64,000 nt of DNA, from contig CAXHAT010000001.1 of the NCBI GenBank assembly GCA_964014485.1, forward strand, positions 66,946-130,945, in the 5' to 3' direction. The notes below the pieces were generated by a model. That model saw only the letters and a program-made list of their open reading frames with translations, had not been told where the DNA came from and searched no databases. Both the position numbers and the translations under genes were made by a program. Origin of the DNA: an uncultured Deferribacteres bacterium (lineage in GTDB: Bacteria; Zhuqueibacterota; Zhuqueibacteria; Zhuqueibacterales; Geothermadaptataceae). This document shows, one piece after another, positions 37,552 through 46,895 of the stretch; positions within the stretch are counted from its first letter, which is position 1; every line of letters starts with the position of its first letter.

Positions 37552-40185
37552 TTATTCAGGGCTGCTGACAAGCGCATTAAAAACAAACTTGAACGTGCCG
37601 TGCGTTTGCACACGATGCTGTGCGCGAAAACCGATGAGCACAACTTTTCCTTTGCCGTGGCCGACCGATACAATCGCCGCTTTTTTAGCGATCTTTTCCT
37701 CTCCAAGCAACCAGCCGCTCTGCAAAACGTCACGCTCCACAAATGTCGCAACGCGTTCAATACGATGGTTGATGTCGCTCGGTCTGACTTCAAAAACGAG
37801 ATTTCCAATCAAGAACATCGCCAGCCCTTCTTTCGGCATGCCGTAACCCAACGGATTTGTGTTGTCGATATAAATACGAAGCGTCGAGCCGGGCGACCAG
37901 AATTCCTTGGAAGGCACGCCCGCCACAACGTTTCGAACAGGCAGCTTGAATTTTTCAATCGGCAAAGCGCTTGCCCTGCCAAACGTCACCAAAGTTCCGC
38001 CGCTCTTGACGAATTCTTCGAGCGCCTTAATGCCCTCTTTGCCAAAACCGCTGCGATATTCCGGCGGATAAGAAGCCGGGTTGCGACGCAAATTTGCACC
38101 TGGCGGATAATCGCCCGTCATCGTTGCCGTACCGTCGTCCGGCAGAATGAGCACGTCGTACTTTTTGTTTAAATCACCCGCCTTCAATTCTTTATCCATA
38201 ATCGATGCGTAAGGAAATTCGAATTTTTCCAACAGTAACCGCGTCCAGCCTTCGTCCATGTTGCCGCCTAGATAGCGCTGGTACATGCCGATGCGCATAC
38301 GCTCGAGCTGACGACTGACCGGAGCTGCGTCGGCGTTGAGCGCGCGAAAATCCGCGCCTGACTTTTCCGCCGCTTCCTGCACAAGATCGTCCGGGGCGGA
38401 GGCTGGTACGATGAAATCTCCTGCGCGTAAACCTTCCATGGATTCGTCAACACGCCGCACGGCAACCTTGCCGTTCCAGAGCAAATTGACGGCGGTGAAG
38501 CTGTCATTCAAACGTCCGTCGAGCACATAACCTCGCTCGCCTTTTGAAACGCGTCCGGCGGGCTTGATTTCTTCTTTGACGAGTACAAGATCGGCGGCGA
38601 CAGGAACCGTTGCTTCGTCTACGCGCACGCCCATGTATTCAGCGATGTTGTCGGTGGACATATCGTAGGGCCGGATCGGGTCGCCGTTACGACTCCGAGT
38701 GTAAGTGTTGTCTGGATAAAAAGTACGGCCCAAAAGCCAGCGGAGCACGCCGCGTTTTGGCTGCGCCATTGAAACGACATGCGTTCCGGGGCCATAAATG
38801 CGGCCTTCGTGGGTGAATGATTGCGGAGCCTTTCTAACCTCCGCCCCTTGTCCCAAAATCTTGTTAATCAGTTTGTTCGCCGTCAAGGGATCGTGCTGGG
38901 CGGCGGGAATAATGAACGCTTTGATTTTCCCGTTCTTGCCGCGTTCCGTTTGTCGCGTCGCCTTGAGATACGCGTTGCGAAGAACTGTTTCACGATTGCG
39001 CGCGGCAATATCGAGGCATGCGATTGCGGATATTTTTTGCTGTTCAACAATATCGCGCACCCGCCACCAACCGCCCGGCCAGGGATTTGGAAAAGTCGTT
39101 TGCGCTTCATATTCCGGCATGCCGCGCCGCGAACCTCGTAATTGGTCGGGATGAAGAAAAAGCGGCGTCGCCAGTCGGGCGCTGGCCGACTCCGTCAGCA
39201 TGCCCGCGATATTGTGAAACGGCGTAATCCAATGAAAGCCGAAGTGTCCCCAGCCGGAATAAATCGCCGCGTTCACCACGCCGGATTTACCCGCTTCTTC
39301 TTCCTTGTAAGCGATATGAGCGCCGTACCACGCCATCTCGCGCCATACCAGTGGATCGGCGCCGGGGCGGATCGGTTCGGCATAGGGCGGCACGTAAAGC
39401 CGTGCGCCGTATGCGCCCATTTGGTGGTGATCGATGTAAGCCTGTGGAATCCATTCTTTGAACATGATTTGCGCGCCGTAAACTGACTCAATCGTGTTCT
39501 GCATAAAAGCGTCGCGGTTGTTATCGTGGCCGATGTAATGATGGTAAAGTTGCGGCAAGCCGACGCCTTCGAATTCCGTGCCGACGGTTTTGTTGTACCA
39601 GTCCGTGACCATTATTTCGCCGTCAGGGTTAAAACACGGGATCATGATAGCGATCGTATTGTCGAGAATGCGCTGCATCTCTTCGTCGTCGCGCGTCAGC
39701 ATGTCATGCACCAATTCCGCCGCCATTTGACTCGCGGCGACTTCCGAAGAATGCAAGCCCATCGATTGTACGACAACGGCGCGCCCGTTTTCAACGGCGT
39801 TCTTGATCTCATCTTCCGAAGCGCCGCGCGGATCGCTCAACACGGCATTGAATTGGCGAAGCTCTTCAAGTTTTGCCAGGTTATTCGGCGAGGAGATATA
39901 AAGCGCCAAAAAATCATTCCCGAGCGTCGACTTTCCCATATTGACGACATTCATGCGCGGACTCTCGTCGCCAAGCAAATTGTAATACTCAACCAGTTTG
40001 TCCCAACGCGCCAGTTTACGGTCGGCGCCCATTTGAAAGCCGAAGAACTCTTCAGGTGACGGCAGATTTTGGCCAAAGGCGGGAAATGATGAAACCAGAC
40101 AAAAGAAAAGGCAGCTTGCGACAAATTGCTTAAAAAAACCTTTTCGCTCTAAAAAATTCAGGGAGATGCGACGCATTCGTTTCAT
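37552..40185 (-). CDS. M14-family zinc carboxypeptidase with C-terminal GATase-like domain
   Basis: HSSE, NPDG, HDNNRD, DHHQMG, DEGWTR. Confidence 0.88.
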   Translation of the reverse strand: MKRMRRISLNFLERKGFFKQFVASCLFFCLVSSFPAFGQNLPSPEEFFGFQMGADRKLARWDKLVEYYNLLGDESPRMNVVNMGKSTLGNDFLALYISSPNNLAKLEELRQFNAVLSDPRGASEDEIKNAVENGRAVVVQSMGLHSSEVAASQMAAELVHDMLTRDDEEMQRILDNTIAIMIPCFNPDGEIMVTDWYNKTVGTEFEGVGLPQLYHHYIGHDNNRDAFMQNTIESVYGAQIMFKEWIPQAYIDHHQMGAYGARLYVPPYAEPIRPGADPLVWREMAWYGAHIAYKEEEAGKSGVVNAAIYSGWGHFGFHWITPFHNIAGMLTESASARLATPLFLHPDQLRGSRRGMPEYEAQTTFPNPWPGGWWRVRDIVEQQKISAIACLDIAARNRETVLRNAYLKATRQTERGKNGKIKAFIIPAAQHDPLTANKLINKILGQGAEVRKAPQSFTHEGRIYGPGTHVVSMAQPKRGVLRWLLGRTFYPDNTYTRSRNGDPIRPYDMSTDNIAEYMGVRVDEATVPVAADLVLVKEEIKPAGRVSKGERGYVLDGRLNDSFTAVNLLWNGKVAVRRVDESMEGLRAGDFIVPASAPDDLVQEAAEKSGADFRALNADAAPVSRQLERMRIGMYQRYLGGNMDEGWTRLLLEKFEFPYASIMDKELKAGDLNKKYDVLILPDDGTATMTGDYPPGANLRRNPASYPPEYRSGFGKEGIKALEEFVKSGGTLVTFGRASALPIEKFKLPVRNVVAGVPSKEFWSPGSTLRIYIDNTNPLGYGMPKEGLAMFLIGNLVFEVRPSDINHRIERVATFVERDVLQSGWLLGEEKIAKKAAIVSVGHGKGKVVLIGFRAQHRVQTHGTFKFVFNALVSSPE

Positions 40186-40509
40186 ACGACCTTCCTTGAT
40201 CAAGATGAATTTTTCAGTTTTTTTCACTACTTGACACTTTTTACAAATTGCCGTTTAGGCCCGGCGAGAAAGCTTCGAATTGTCATTCTGAAAGAATCTT
40301 TGTTAGCGTCTGGCACAGATTATTCCCGAACGTTCAAGGGCTAGGGCCCAAAAGATGCATACAGCATGACAATTTTGGATTTTTTGAAACGCTCGGAAAG
40401 TTGCTGTAAAAAGTGTCAGGTAGTAAAGTTTTTTTGAAGTAGGTACAATAATACCGCGAATGCAACCAGAAACAGCCGCCTTTTTTCGACGCAAGCCTGA
40501 ACGAGTTTC

Positions 40510-41961
40510 ATGAAGCCCTTTTTTCAAAAATTCAAAAACGCCGCGCCTTTGAAAATCGCTTTCAACGAGATTATCCCGGACGACTCCACAGACGCACGAA
40601 TTCGCGAGCGTGCAGTCTATTTTTATTACGCACGCAAAGTTGTGCGACGAAGCCTCGACGGCAAATTGCGCGTTTTCCGCCAAAAAGCGATGCAAGGCGC
40701 ATTGAATTCTCAGGACTATGCCGTTATGAACGAAATCTTCGAACGGCTCAAAAAGCGTAAAACCGCCCAGTTAGAAAACCGTGACAAGAAGCCTGAATCA
40801 GCAGCGTTTTATCATTATGCGCGAATCAACAGCTATGCGATGCTTTTGTCGCAAATTTTGTTCGTACAAAACTGCGTTGTTGAAGAAATTCCGGTTTGTA
40901 TCGACGAAACGTCAGCGGCGGGAACCATTGATAAGCTGACGATTTACCTGCTTGACTGCGCTCAAAAAAACCATGCGCCGATTCAGAAAATCGACGCGCG
41001 TTTTTATGCGACGCTGTTTTTGTTTCAAACCGCGTTCGACCGGCTTTTTGTGCCTGATGAAAATATTGTTGCTTATAATTTTGAATCCGGGGCTTACCAG
41101 GTGACGGCGCAATATGAAAAACATACTGCTTGGCTGGAGCTCTCGAATAAAAAAGTACTCGCCGCCTGCGACGCGGAAAAAGCGCTTTGCCGCAACCTCA
41201 CCACCGGCTGGAGCGACGGCATTGATTTGGCAACTTGGGACAAGCTCAATGCATATTACTACGCCGCCATTTCTCCAACCACTGGCGAAGCGGCGCTGTT
41301 TACCAAGAACTACGACGTCCTTCTTGAAAGAATGCTGCCGCAATTCACTCTGTCTAAAATCAAGTTGGCGGAGGATGTTTTGGACTGCCTTCAGCCGAGA
41401 GAGAAACTCAACGTTTTGGAAATCGGCGCCGGGTCGGGCGCTTTTGCAATTGATTTGTTGATGGCGTGTAAAAGGCGAGACATTCCCTTCGAAAGTGTTG
41501 AATACTTCGGCGTTGAGCCAAGCGAATACATGCGGCAAAATTTTCGGGCGAGCGTAGGAAGGAAAATCGGCAGTCAAGATTTTCCGAAAAACTGGCGACT
41601 GGTGGAAGGGCGGTTAGAAAACGTCAATTCCGAGCCTAAAAAGTACCTTCGGGCGGAAGAAAACAACGTCATCGTTTTGAGTTTTAGCATTCATCATTGC
41701 TTCTACGACAGCGCCGTTTCATTTTTGGAAAATCGCGAGATCAAGCGTCTCGCTCAAGCTGTTTTTGTGTTGGAAGGCGTGAGAGAGCACGGCTGGACCA
41801 AGCCGTACTACATGTGGGCCGATTGCGAAAGCCCGGAAAACTTTAATAACGTCATCCTGCGCGGCGCTTGGGACGAAGAAACGCTCTGGATCGAGCCGAA
41901 TCGCCCGCTGCCGGGAACGTGCGTCACGACAGGGTGGAGTTGTTTGCGGAAATTGACATAA
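40510..41961 (+). CDS. Class I SAM-dependent methyltransferase with uncharacterised N-terminal half
   Basis: VLEIGAGSG, GVEPS, FSIHH in the C-terminal half. Confidence 0.7.
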   Translation: MKPFFQKFKNAAPLKIAFNEIIPDDSTDARIRERAVYFYYARKVVRRSLDGKLRVFRQKAMQGALNSQDYAVMNEIFERLKKRKTAQLENRDKKPESAAFYHYARINSYAMLLSQILFVQNCVVEEIPVCIDETSAAGTIDKLTIYLLDCAQKNHAPIQKIDARFYATLFLFQTAFDRLFVPDENIVAYNFESGAYQVTAQYEKHTAWLELSNKKVLAACDAEKALCRNLTTGWSDGIDLATWDKLNAYYYAAISPTTGEAALFTKNYDVLLERMLPQFTLSKIKLAEDVLDCLQPREKLNVLEIGAGSGAFAIDLLMACKRRDIPFESVEYFGVEPSEYMRQNFRASVGRKIGSQDFPKNWRLVEGRLENVNSEPKKYLRAEENNVIVLSFSIHHCFYDSAVSFLENREIKRLAQAVFVLEGVREHGWTKPYYMWADCESPENFNNVILRGAWDEETLWIEPNRPLPGTCVTTGWSCLRKLT

Positions 41962-42228
41962 AAGCTTTTGGGGAAAATTCAACTCGGCATGATCTATAAA
42001 AAAGAGTTTAAGAAATTAAGTATGTGAACAATATTTTTCGAACAATTGGTCTATTGTTTCTTAAAGATTTAAGTTGGCAAGAATATCAAAATATTTAAGT
42101 CCACATACTTAGTTCGAGTTTTTTCATTTTTATATCATTTCCTTGAATCCCCGTCCTTTCCCCCGCCTGTCATGCAGGGAAAGCGATAAAATTGGTACTA
42201 CTCTCAACTCAAAAACCGGAATTGAATC

Positions 42229-45015
42229 ATGCCAGACGCAAACGCTCTCATTACCAAAGCGCTCCCCGAGCTGGCGAAGTGGGGATATGAAAAGTACAGA
42301 CAAAGCCGCGCCAGCTTTGAAGACCTGGCTCGCAAAACCCTCGCCGACATTCTCAAAAAACGCAATAAAAACGAACGCATTGTCGACAAGACGATTGAAA
42401 ATCTGCTTGCCGATCCGGCCCTGCAAAATTGGCTCGACGGCGCGCAATTGCCGAGTGATCTAACTTTTGAGAAGCTCGCTGGTCGCGTCAAGATCGATCC
42501 TTTTATTTTGCGCGAATTTTTGCTCGCATTTGAAAAGAAAATCGCCGCTGATCCACAACTGCGAGAAGAAAAAAAACAGAGGCTCGCTGCGGAAAACGCG
42601 CAATTCAACCGCCAAACAAGCGAGATTCTGGAAAAACGGTATGAAGGCCCGGAACAGGAACGCCAAAGCGCCCTTGCGGATTACCGCCAAAAGGTGCGAA
42701 AAGAATTTTCCAACATTACGCTGTTCGGCGACCGTGCGGGCGGTGATGGAGAAGAAAGCGTCATCGAGCGCATGTCCGACATGACGCGCGGATTTGTGCC
42801 GCTGCATTTGAAAGCCTGGCGGGATGAGCAACCGGGCGCCGACGATTCCGCTCTTGAGCTCGAAGACGTATTTTTTAAAAACAGGAAGCGTCTGATTCTG
42901 GTGCGCGGTCTGCCCGGCGGCGGCAAAACCACGCTCTTGCGCTACCTCGCATGGCGTTTTGCCGCCGATAAAAGCGGCGCGCTGCCTATCTATGTTCGCT
43001 TGGAAGCTCTCGAATTGGAAGAAGAATCGCTGACCGAATTCATTCGGATCGAGATCGGCAAGCGATGGACGACGCAGGCTATGGAAGAAGCCCTTCTCCA
43101 CAAAAGCTGCTTTTTGGAAACGCCGATGATCCTTTTGCTCGACGGCGTTGATGAAATCAAGGATTCCGTCAGCCATCAAGGTTTTGCCAAAGCCTTGCGT
43201 AATTTGACGCGTAAAAACAGACGTTGCAACATCATCGTCGCCTCGCGCCCGATTTCACTGAAAAAGCAGGATTATCCTGAATTTGAGACTTACGATCTCG
43301 ATAGACTGACGCAGCCGATGATAGATGATTACGTCCAAAAATGGTTCGGCGTCGAGCAAACGAAAATCGGTCTTTTGCAAAACACTTTGAAAGAAAAGCC
43401 GCGTATCCGCGAACTGGCCGAAATTCCGTTTTTGTTGAGCATGATTTGCTTCACTTTTGACGACGAGGGTGCCGCGCTGATTAACCGCCGCAGTGCGCTC
43501 TACGAAGCCTGCACCAACCGCCTGCTGGCGCGCATGTACAAGGTTGACGACGCGCCGAAACTCACCGCGCCGCAGGAAGAAACCCGCGCCATGCTCAAGG
43601 ATTTGGCCCTGCGCTTTTTCCTCTGGCAGGAATCGGAATTTCCCGCCGACCAGGTTAATGTGCTCGGGAAGCGTTCGCTCTCTGCCGAGGCGCTCAAAGC
43701 TCCCGCTGAAACGCTGGACGATTTGCAGCTCAAAACCGGCTTGATTCAACATGCGCAGGACGGCTTTTCCTTCGTACATCGTTCGCTGTGGGAATATTTT
43801 ACCGCGCTGGCCTTGCACGATAAAAACGACGTGAAATTTGTGACCAAACACGCCGCCAACCCGGACTGGGAAGAAGTGGTGCGTCTGTTTGCCGGACTGC
43901 TCGAAACGCAGGAGGCAGTGCAAGCGCTGGTCGACGGCTTATGGAACATCAACAAGCCCCTCGCTCTGCGCGTTTCCACCGAAGTGGAGACTGAAGCGGC
44001 GGCGCTGCTGAAGCCGTTGATTGAAAAAGACGGCGGCGGCAACCAGGATTTGCTTTTGTTGATCGACTTCATCGACCAGTCGCTGCCGCTGGTTACGAAA
44101 GAAGCCGGGCAAAAACTGGCGGACGAAACCTTGCGTATTCTGTTTTCCGAGTGCGGCGTGACCGACTGCCAGGCGCTCTACCACGCCCACATGCTGCTGG
44201 AAAAACTGAACATGGAACCAACCGAACCCGGCGGGTTGATCTATGACTTGCTCGACCTCGAAAACGCCGCGCAACGCCAACAAGACCTGCTCGCCGATCC
44301 CGAAAACCTGTTCGAATGGATCGACGTTGAAGGCGGCGAGTTTCGAATGGGCGACAAGGACGGTTATTATACGAATGAGGAGCCGGAGCGCCGCGTGCGC
44401 GTGAATGGCTTTCGCATGATGAAGCATCCGGTTACCAATCGCTTGCTGCGCAGCGTCGATTTTCCCTTTTTATCGCAAACGGCGGCGGATTATGCGAGAG
44501 CTCAGAGCGAAAAGCGGCCATTGGTCGCCGTGACCTGGTTCGAGGCGTTCTACTTTTCGCTTTTTATCGGCGCGCGCCTGCCGACCGAGGCCGAATGGGA
44601 ATTCGCCGCGCGCGGCGGCAAAGGCGCGCCGCACCAGACGTACTATTTTGGCGATGATGAGAATGCATTGCCGCAGCACGCCTGGTTTTATGAAAACTCC
44701 GGGCAGCGTGCTCATAAGGTCGATGAAGCGATCGCCGAAACGAAGCCGGGCGATGATCATCCGCTCGGACTGGCGAATATGCTGGGTAACGTGTGGGAAT
44801 GGTGCGGCGATTGGTACGGCGATTATGAAGCTTCGGAAGAGGTTGTCGATAACCCGACCGGTCCTGAATTTGGCAGTCGGCGTGTTTTGCGGGGCGGCGC
44901 TTATGACGCTCTCGCCTCCTACGTGCGTTGCGCTGTTCGCCTCAGCCTCATACCCGCGCTCATCGATTATGGCGTGAGTGTGCGCTGTGTTCAGGACGGT
45001 TCTCTTTCCCTTTGA
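42229..45015 (+). CDS. NACHT NTPase + FGE-sulfatase (SUMF1/CLec) domain protein; DGR target
   Basis: GLPGGGKT, LLLDGVDE, ASRP, FVHRSLWEY; RLPTEAEWEFAARG, NMLGNVWEW, RVLRGG; VR at the 3' end. Confidence 0.92.
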   Translation: MPDANALITKALPELAKWGYEKYRQSRASFEDLARKTLADILKKRNKNERIVDKTIENLLADPALQNWLDGAQLPSDLTFEKLAGRVKIDPFILREFLLAFEKKIAADPQLREEKKQRLAAENAQFNRQTSEILEKRYEGPEQERQSALADYRQKVRKEFSNITLFGDRAGGDGEESVIERMSDMTRGFVPLHLKAWRDEQPGADDSALELEDVFFKNRKRLILVRGLPGGGKTTLLRYLAWRFAADKSGALPIYVRLEALELEEESLTEFIRIEIGKRWTTQAMEEALLHKSCFLETPMILLLDGVDEIKDSVSHQGFAKALRNLTRKNRRCNIIVASRPISLKKQDYPEFETYDLDRLTQPMIDDYVQKWFGVEQTKIGLLQNTLKEKPRIRELAEIPFLLSMICFTFDDEGAALINRRSALYEACTNRLLARMYKVDDAPKLTAPQEETRAMLKDLALRFFLWQESEFPADQVNVLGKRSLSAEALKAPAETLDDLQLKTGLIQHAQDGFSFVHRSLWEYFTALALHDKNDVKFVTKHAANPDWEEVVRLFAGLLETQEAVQALVDGLWNINKPLALRVSTEVETEAAALLKPLIEKDGGGNQDLLLLIDFIDQSLPLVTKEAGQKLADETLRILFSECGVTDCQALYHAHMLLEKLNMEPTEPGGLIYDLLDLENAAQRQQDLLADPENLFEWIDVEGGEFRMGDKDGYYTNEEPERRVRVNGFRMMKHPVTNRLLRSVDFPFLSQTAADYARAQSEKRPLVAVTWFEAFYFSLFIGARLPTEAEWEFAARGGKGAPHQTYYFGDDENALPQHAWFYENSGQRAHKVDEAIAETKPGDDHPLGLANMLGNVWEWCGDWYGDYEASEEVVDNPTGPEFGSRRVLRGGAYDALASYVRCAVRLSLIPALIDYGVSVRCVQDGSLSL
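44878..44998 (+). repeat. DGR variable repeat (VR)
   Basis: Aligns to 45206-45323, with differences almost only at TR adenines. Confidence 0.93.
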
Positions 45016-45041
45016 GCGCTCTTTACTCTTTTTACACTAAT

Positions 45042-45056
45042 ACCCGCCCTGCGGGT
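45042..45056. other. Post-VR hairpin/cruciform (DGR target-recognition element)
   Basis: acccgc-cct-gcgggt, preceded by a pyrimidine-rich tract and followed by cgaaaattttt. Confidence 0.65.
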
Positions 45057-45095
45057 CGAAAATTTTTTTTGAAATATGGCCCATTCCAACTTCAC

Positions 45096-45182
45096 TTCTC
45101 GTTCCAACGCTTTGCGTTGGAACGCAGCGCAGGCGCTTCGCGCCCGGAGATTACATTCCCACGCAAAGCATGGGAACGAGAA
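45096..45182. repeat. REP doublet (CTCGTTCC family) between VR and TR
   Basis: ttctcgttccaacgctttgcgttggaac ... ttcccacgcaaagcatgggaacgagaa. Confidence 0.85.
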
Positions 45183-45205
45183 ATTTAAAAGGCGTGATTC
45201 CGGAG

Positions 45206-45323
45206 CAGCGTGTTTTGCGGGGCGGCGCTTATAACAATAACGCAAACAACGTGCGTTGCGCTGTTCGCAACAACATACCCGCGAACATAAACAATGGCGT
45301 GAGTGTGCGCTGTGTTCAAGACG
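45206..45323 (+). repeat. DGR template repeat (TR)
   Basis: AAC/AAT-rich copy of the VR: tat aac aat aac gca aac aac gtg ... cgc aac aac ata ccc gcg aac ata aac aat ggc. Confidence 0.93.
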
Positions 45324-45483
45324 CCGGATAAAATGGATGCCGGAGTCCGGGCGATCACGGTCTCCCGGAGTGTGCATGCCGCCGTCCAGGAATCAAGCCT
45401 GTCTTGTTCCGTTTTTTCCGGAAGGAGACGAACACAAAAACCGCACAGGCGCGGCTAGTAGGCCCCTCGAACGTCGCGCCTGT
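45324..45483 (+). ncRNA. Structured spacer 3' of the TR (putative DGR RNA 3' domain)
   Basis: ccggg...cccgg stem and terminal acaggcgcg...cgcgcctgt stem (45445-45483), in the position of DGR TR-RT spacers. Confidence 0.55.
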
Positions 45484-45520
45484 TGTATTTACCCGCGCTC
45501 GCTCTCGTTCCAATGCTTCG

Positions 45521-45668
45521 TTCTCGTTCCAATGCTTCGCGTTGGAACGCAGCTTAGGCGCTTCGCGCCAATTTCACGCGCCGGGATGAATCGCCGGGCC
45601 TGGGAGCCGAGAGAGTGGGCGCGAAGCGCCGGGAGACTTCATTCCCACGCGAAGCGCGGGAACGAGAA
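45521..45668. repeat. 148-bp REPIN, left of the RAYT
   Basis: Direct repeat of 46269-46416 with CTCGTTCC/GGAACGAG ends; partial REPs at 45504-45520 and 45680-45693. Confidence 0.88.
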
Positions 45669-45717
45669 GGCGTCGATGGCATGGGAACGAGAATGTTATA
45701 AAGAAAGGAGCCTGTTC

Positions 45718-46257
45718 ATGGGGCGGTCGCGTTATAAAATCTTCGAGCAGGAACGTCCGCATTTTTTCACCAGCACGATTGTTCAATGGCTTCCGCTTTT
45801 CGCGAGTCCTCATGTTGTTGAAATCATTTACGAATCCTGGAAATTCATGCAAAAAGAAGAACGATTCGTCATTTACGGCTACGTGATTATGGAAAACCAT
45901 CTGCACTTCATCGCCTCATCGCCGACGAACTTGAGCAAGGAAGTCGGCGTCTTCCGCTCTTACACGGCGCGGCGGACCATCGATTTGCTGGAAGAGAAAA
46001 AAGCCAAACGCATTCTGCGCCAATTGAACTATTACAAGCTCAAACACAAGAAAAATCGCAAGTATCAATTCTGGCAAGAAGGCGCGCATCCTGAGGCGAT
46101 TCTGAACGACAAAATGATGATACAGAAAATCGAGTACATGCATTACAATCCTGTGAAGCGCGGCTATATCGATGAGCCGGTGCATTGGCGTTATTCCAGC
46201 GCTCGGAATTATGCCGGAGCGGAGGGGTTGATGGATATTACATTGTATGAATTATGA
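45718..46257 (+). mobile_element. REP-associated tyrosine transposase (RAYT, Y1 HUH)
   Basis: HFFTST, YVIMENHLH (HUH), FWQEG, YMHYNPV, WRYSSA; AAGGAG RBS; flanked by REPINs. Confidence 0.92.
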
Positions 46258-46268
46258 ATCATTCCTGT

Positions 46269-46416
46269 TTCTCGTTCCAATGCTTCGCGTTGGAATGCAG
46301 CTTGGGCGCTTCGCGCCAATTTTACGCACCGGGATGAATCACCGGGTCTGGGAGAAGAGAGAGTGGGCGCGAAGCGCCGGGAGACTGTATTCCCACGCAA
46401 AGCGTAGGAACGAGAA
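46269..46416. repeat. 148-bp REPIN, right of the RAYT
   Basis: Direct repeat of 45521-45668. Confidence 0.88.
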
Positions 46417-46446
46417 TAATGGTTCTACTAAAAGTCTGAGTAGAAA

Positions 46447-46797
46447 ATGACGAAAAAAAACGAGTTTGTTGAGTACCTGATCGAGCTGCTACAAGATTTT
46501 GGGTCTGTGACGGCAAGGGCAATGTTTGGCGGTTACGGCCTGTATCATGAAGGCTTGATGTTCGGACTTGTGGCGGATGATACGCTCTATCTGAAGGTTG
46601 ACGACCAGAGCCGTTCGACTTTTGAAGCGGAAGGTCTCGAGCCGTTCATGTACGTAAAAAACGGCAAGGCGATGGCGATGTCCTACCATCAAGCGCCCGC
46701 TGAAGCGTTGGAGAATCCACGAGAAATGCAACATTGGGCGACGCTTGCTTATGAAGCCGCTCTCCGCGCTCCGCGAAAAAAGCCGCGCAAGAAATAA
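46447..46797 (+). CDS. TfoX/Sxy N-terminal domain protein
   Basis: RAMFGGYGLY, DTLYLKVD, MSYHQAP. Confidence 0.88.
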   Translation: MTKKNEFVEYLIELLQDFGSVTARAMFGGYGLYHEGLMFGLVADDTLYLKVDDQSRSTFEAEGLEPFMYVKNGKAMAMSYHQAPAEALENPREMQHWATLAYEAALRAPRKKPRKK

Positions 46798-46895
46798 AAT
46801 GACGCGCTTGAGATCATTGTGAACAATCTTCCACATCTCGGGCGTTTTTTCTGCGCCTCTCGTCTCTAATTTCGCAACCCGCAAGCATCTTTTTT

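Noticed and set aside
40311..40325. Sigma54 promoter TGGCACA upstream of the methyltransferase
   Set aside because: The -12 element (ATTC) is too poor a match.
45076..45234. Short ORF MAHSNF... as an avd gene
   Set aside because: It starts where avd might begin but enters REP sequence after about 7 codons; too short to support, at most a remnant.
45256..45717. N-terminal extension of the 333-aa ORF as an RT or accessory protein
   Set aside because: It is a read-through of TR, spacer and REP DNA with no RT motifs; the RBS and ATG at 45718 define the RAYT.
45096..46416. CRISPR array
   Set aside because: The repeats are palindromic doublets in inverted orientation with conserved interiors, not direct repeats with unique spacers, and there are no cas genes.
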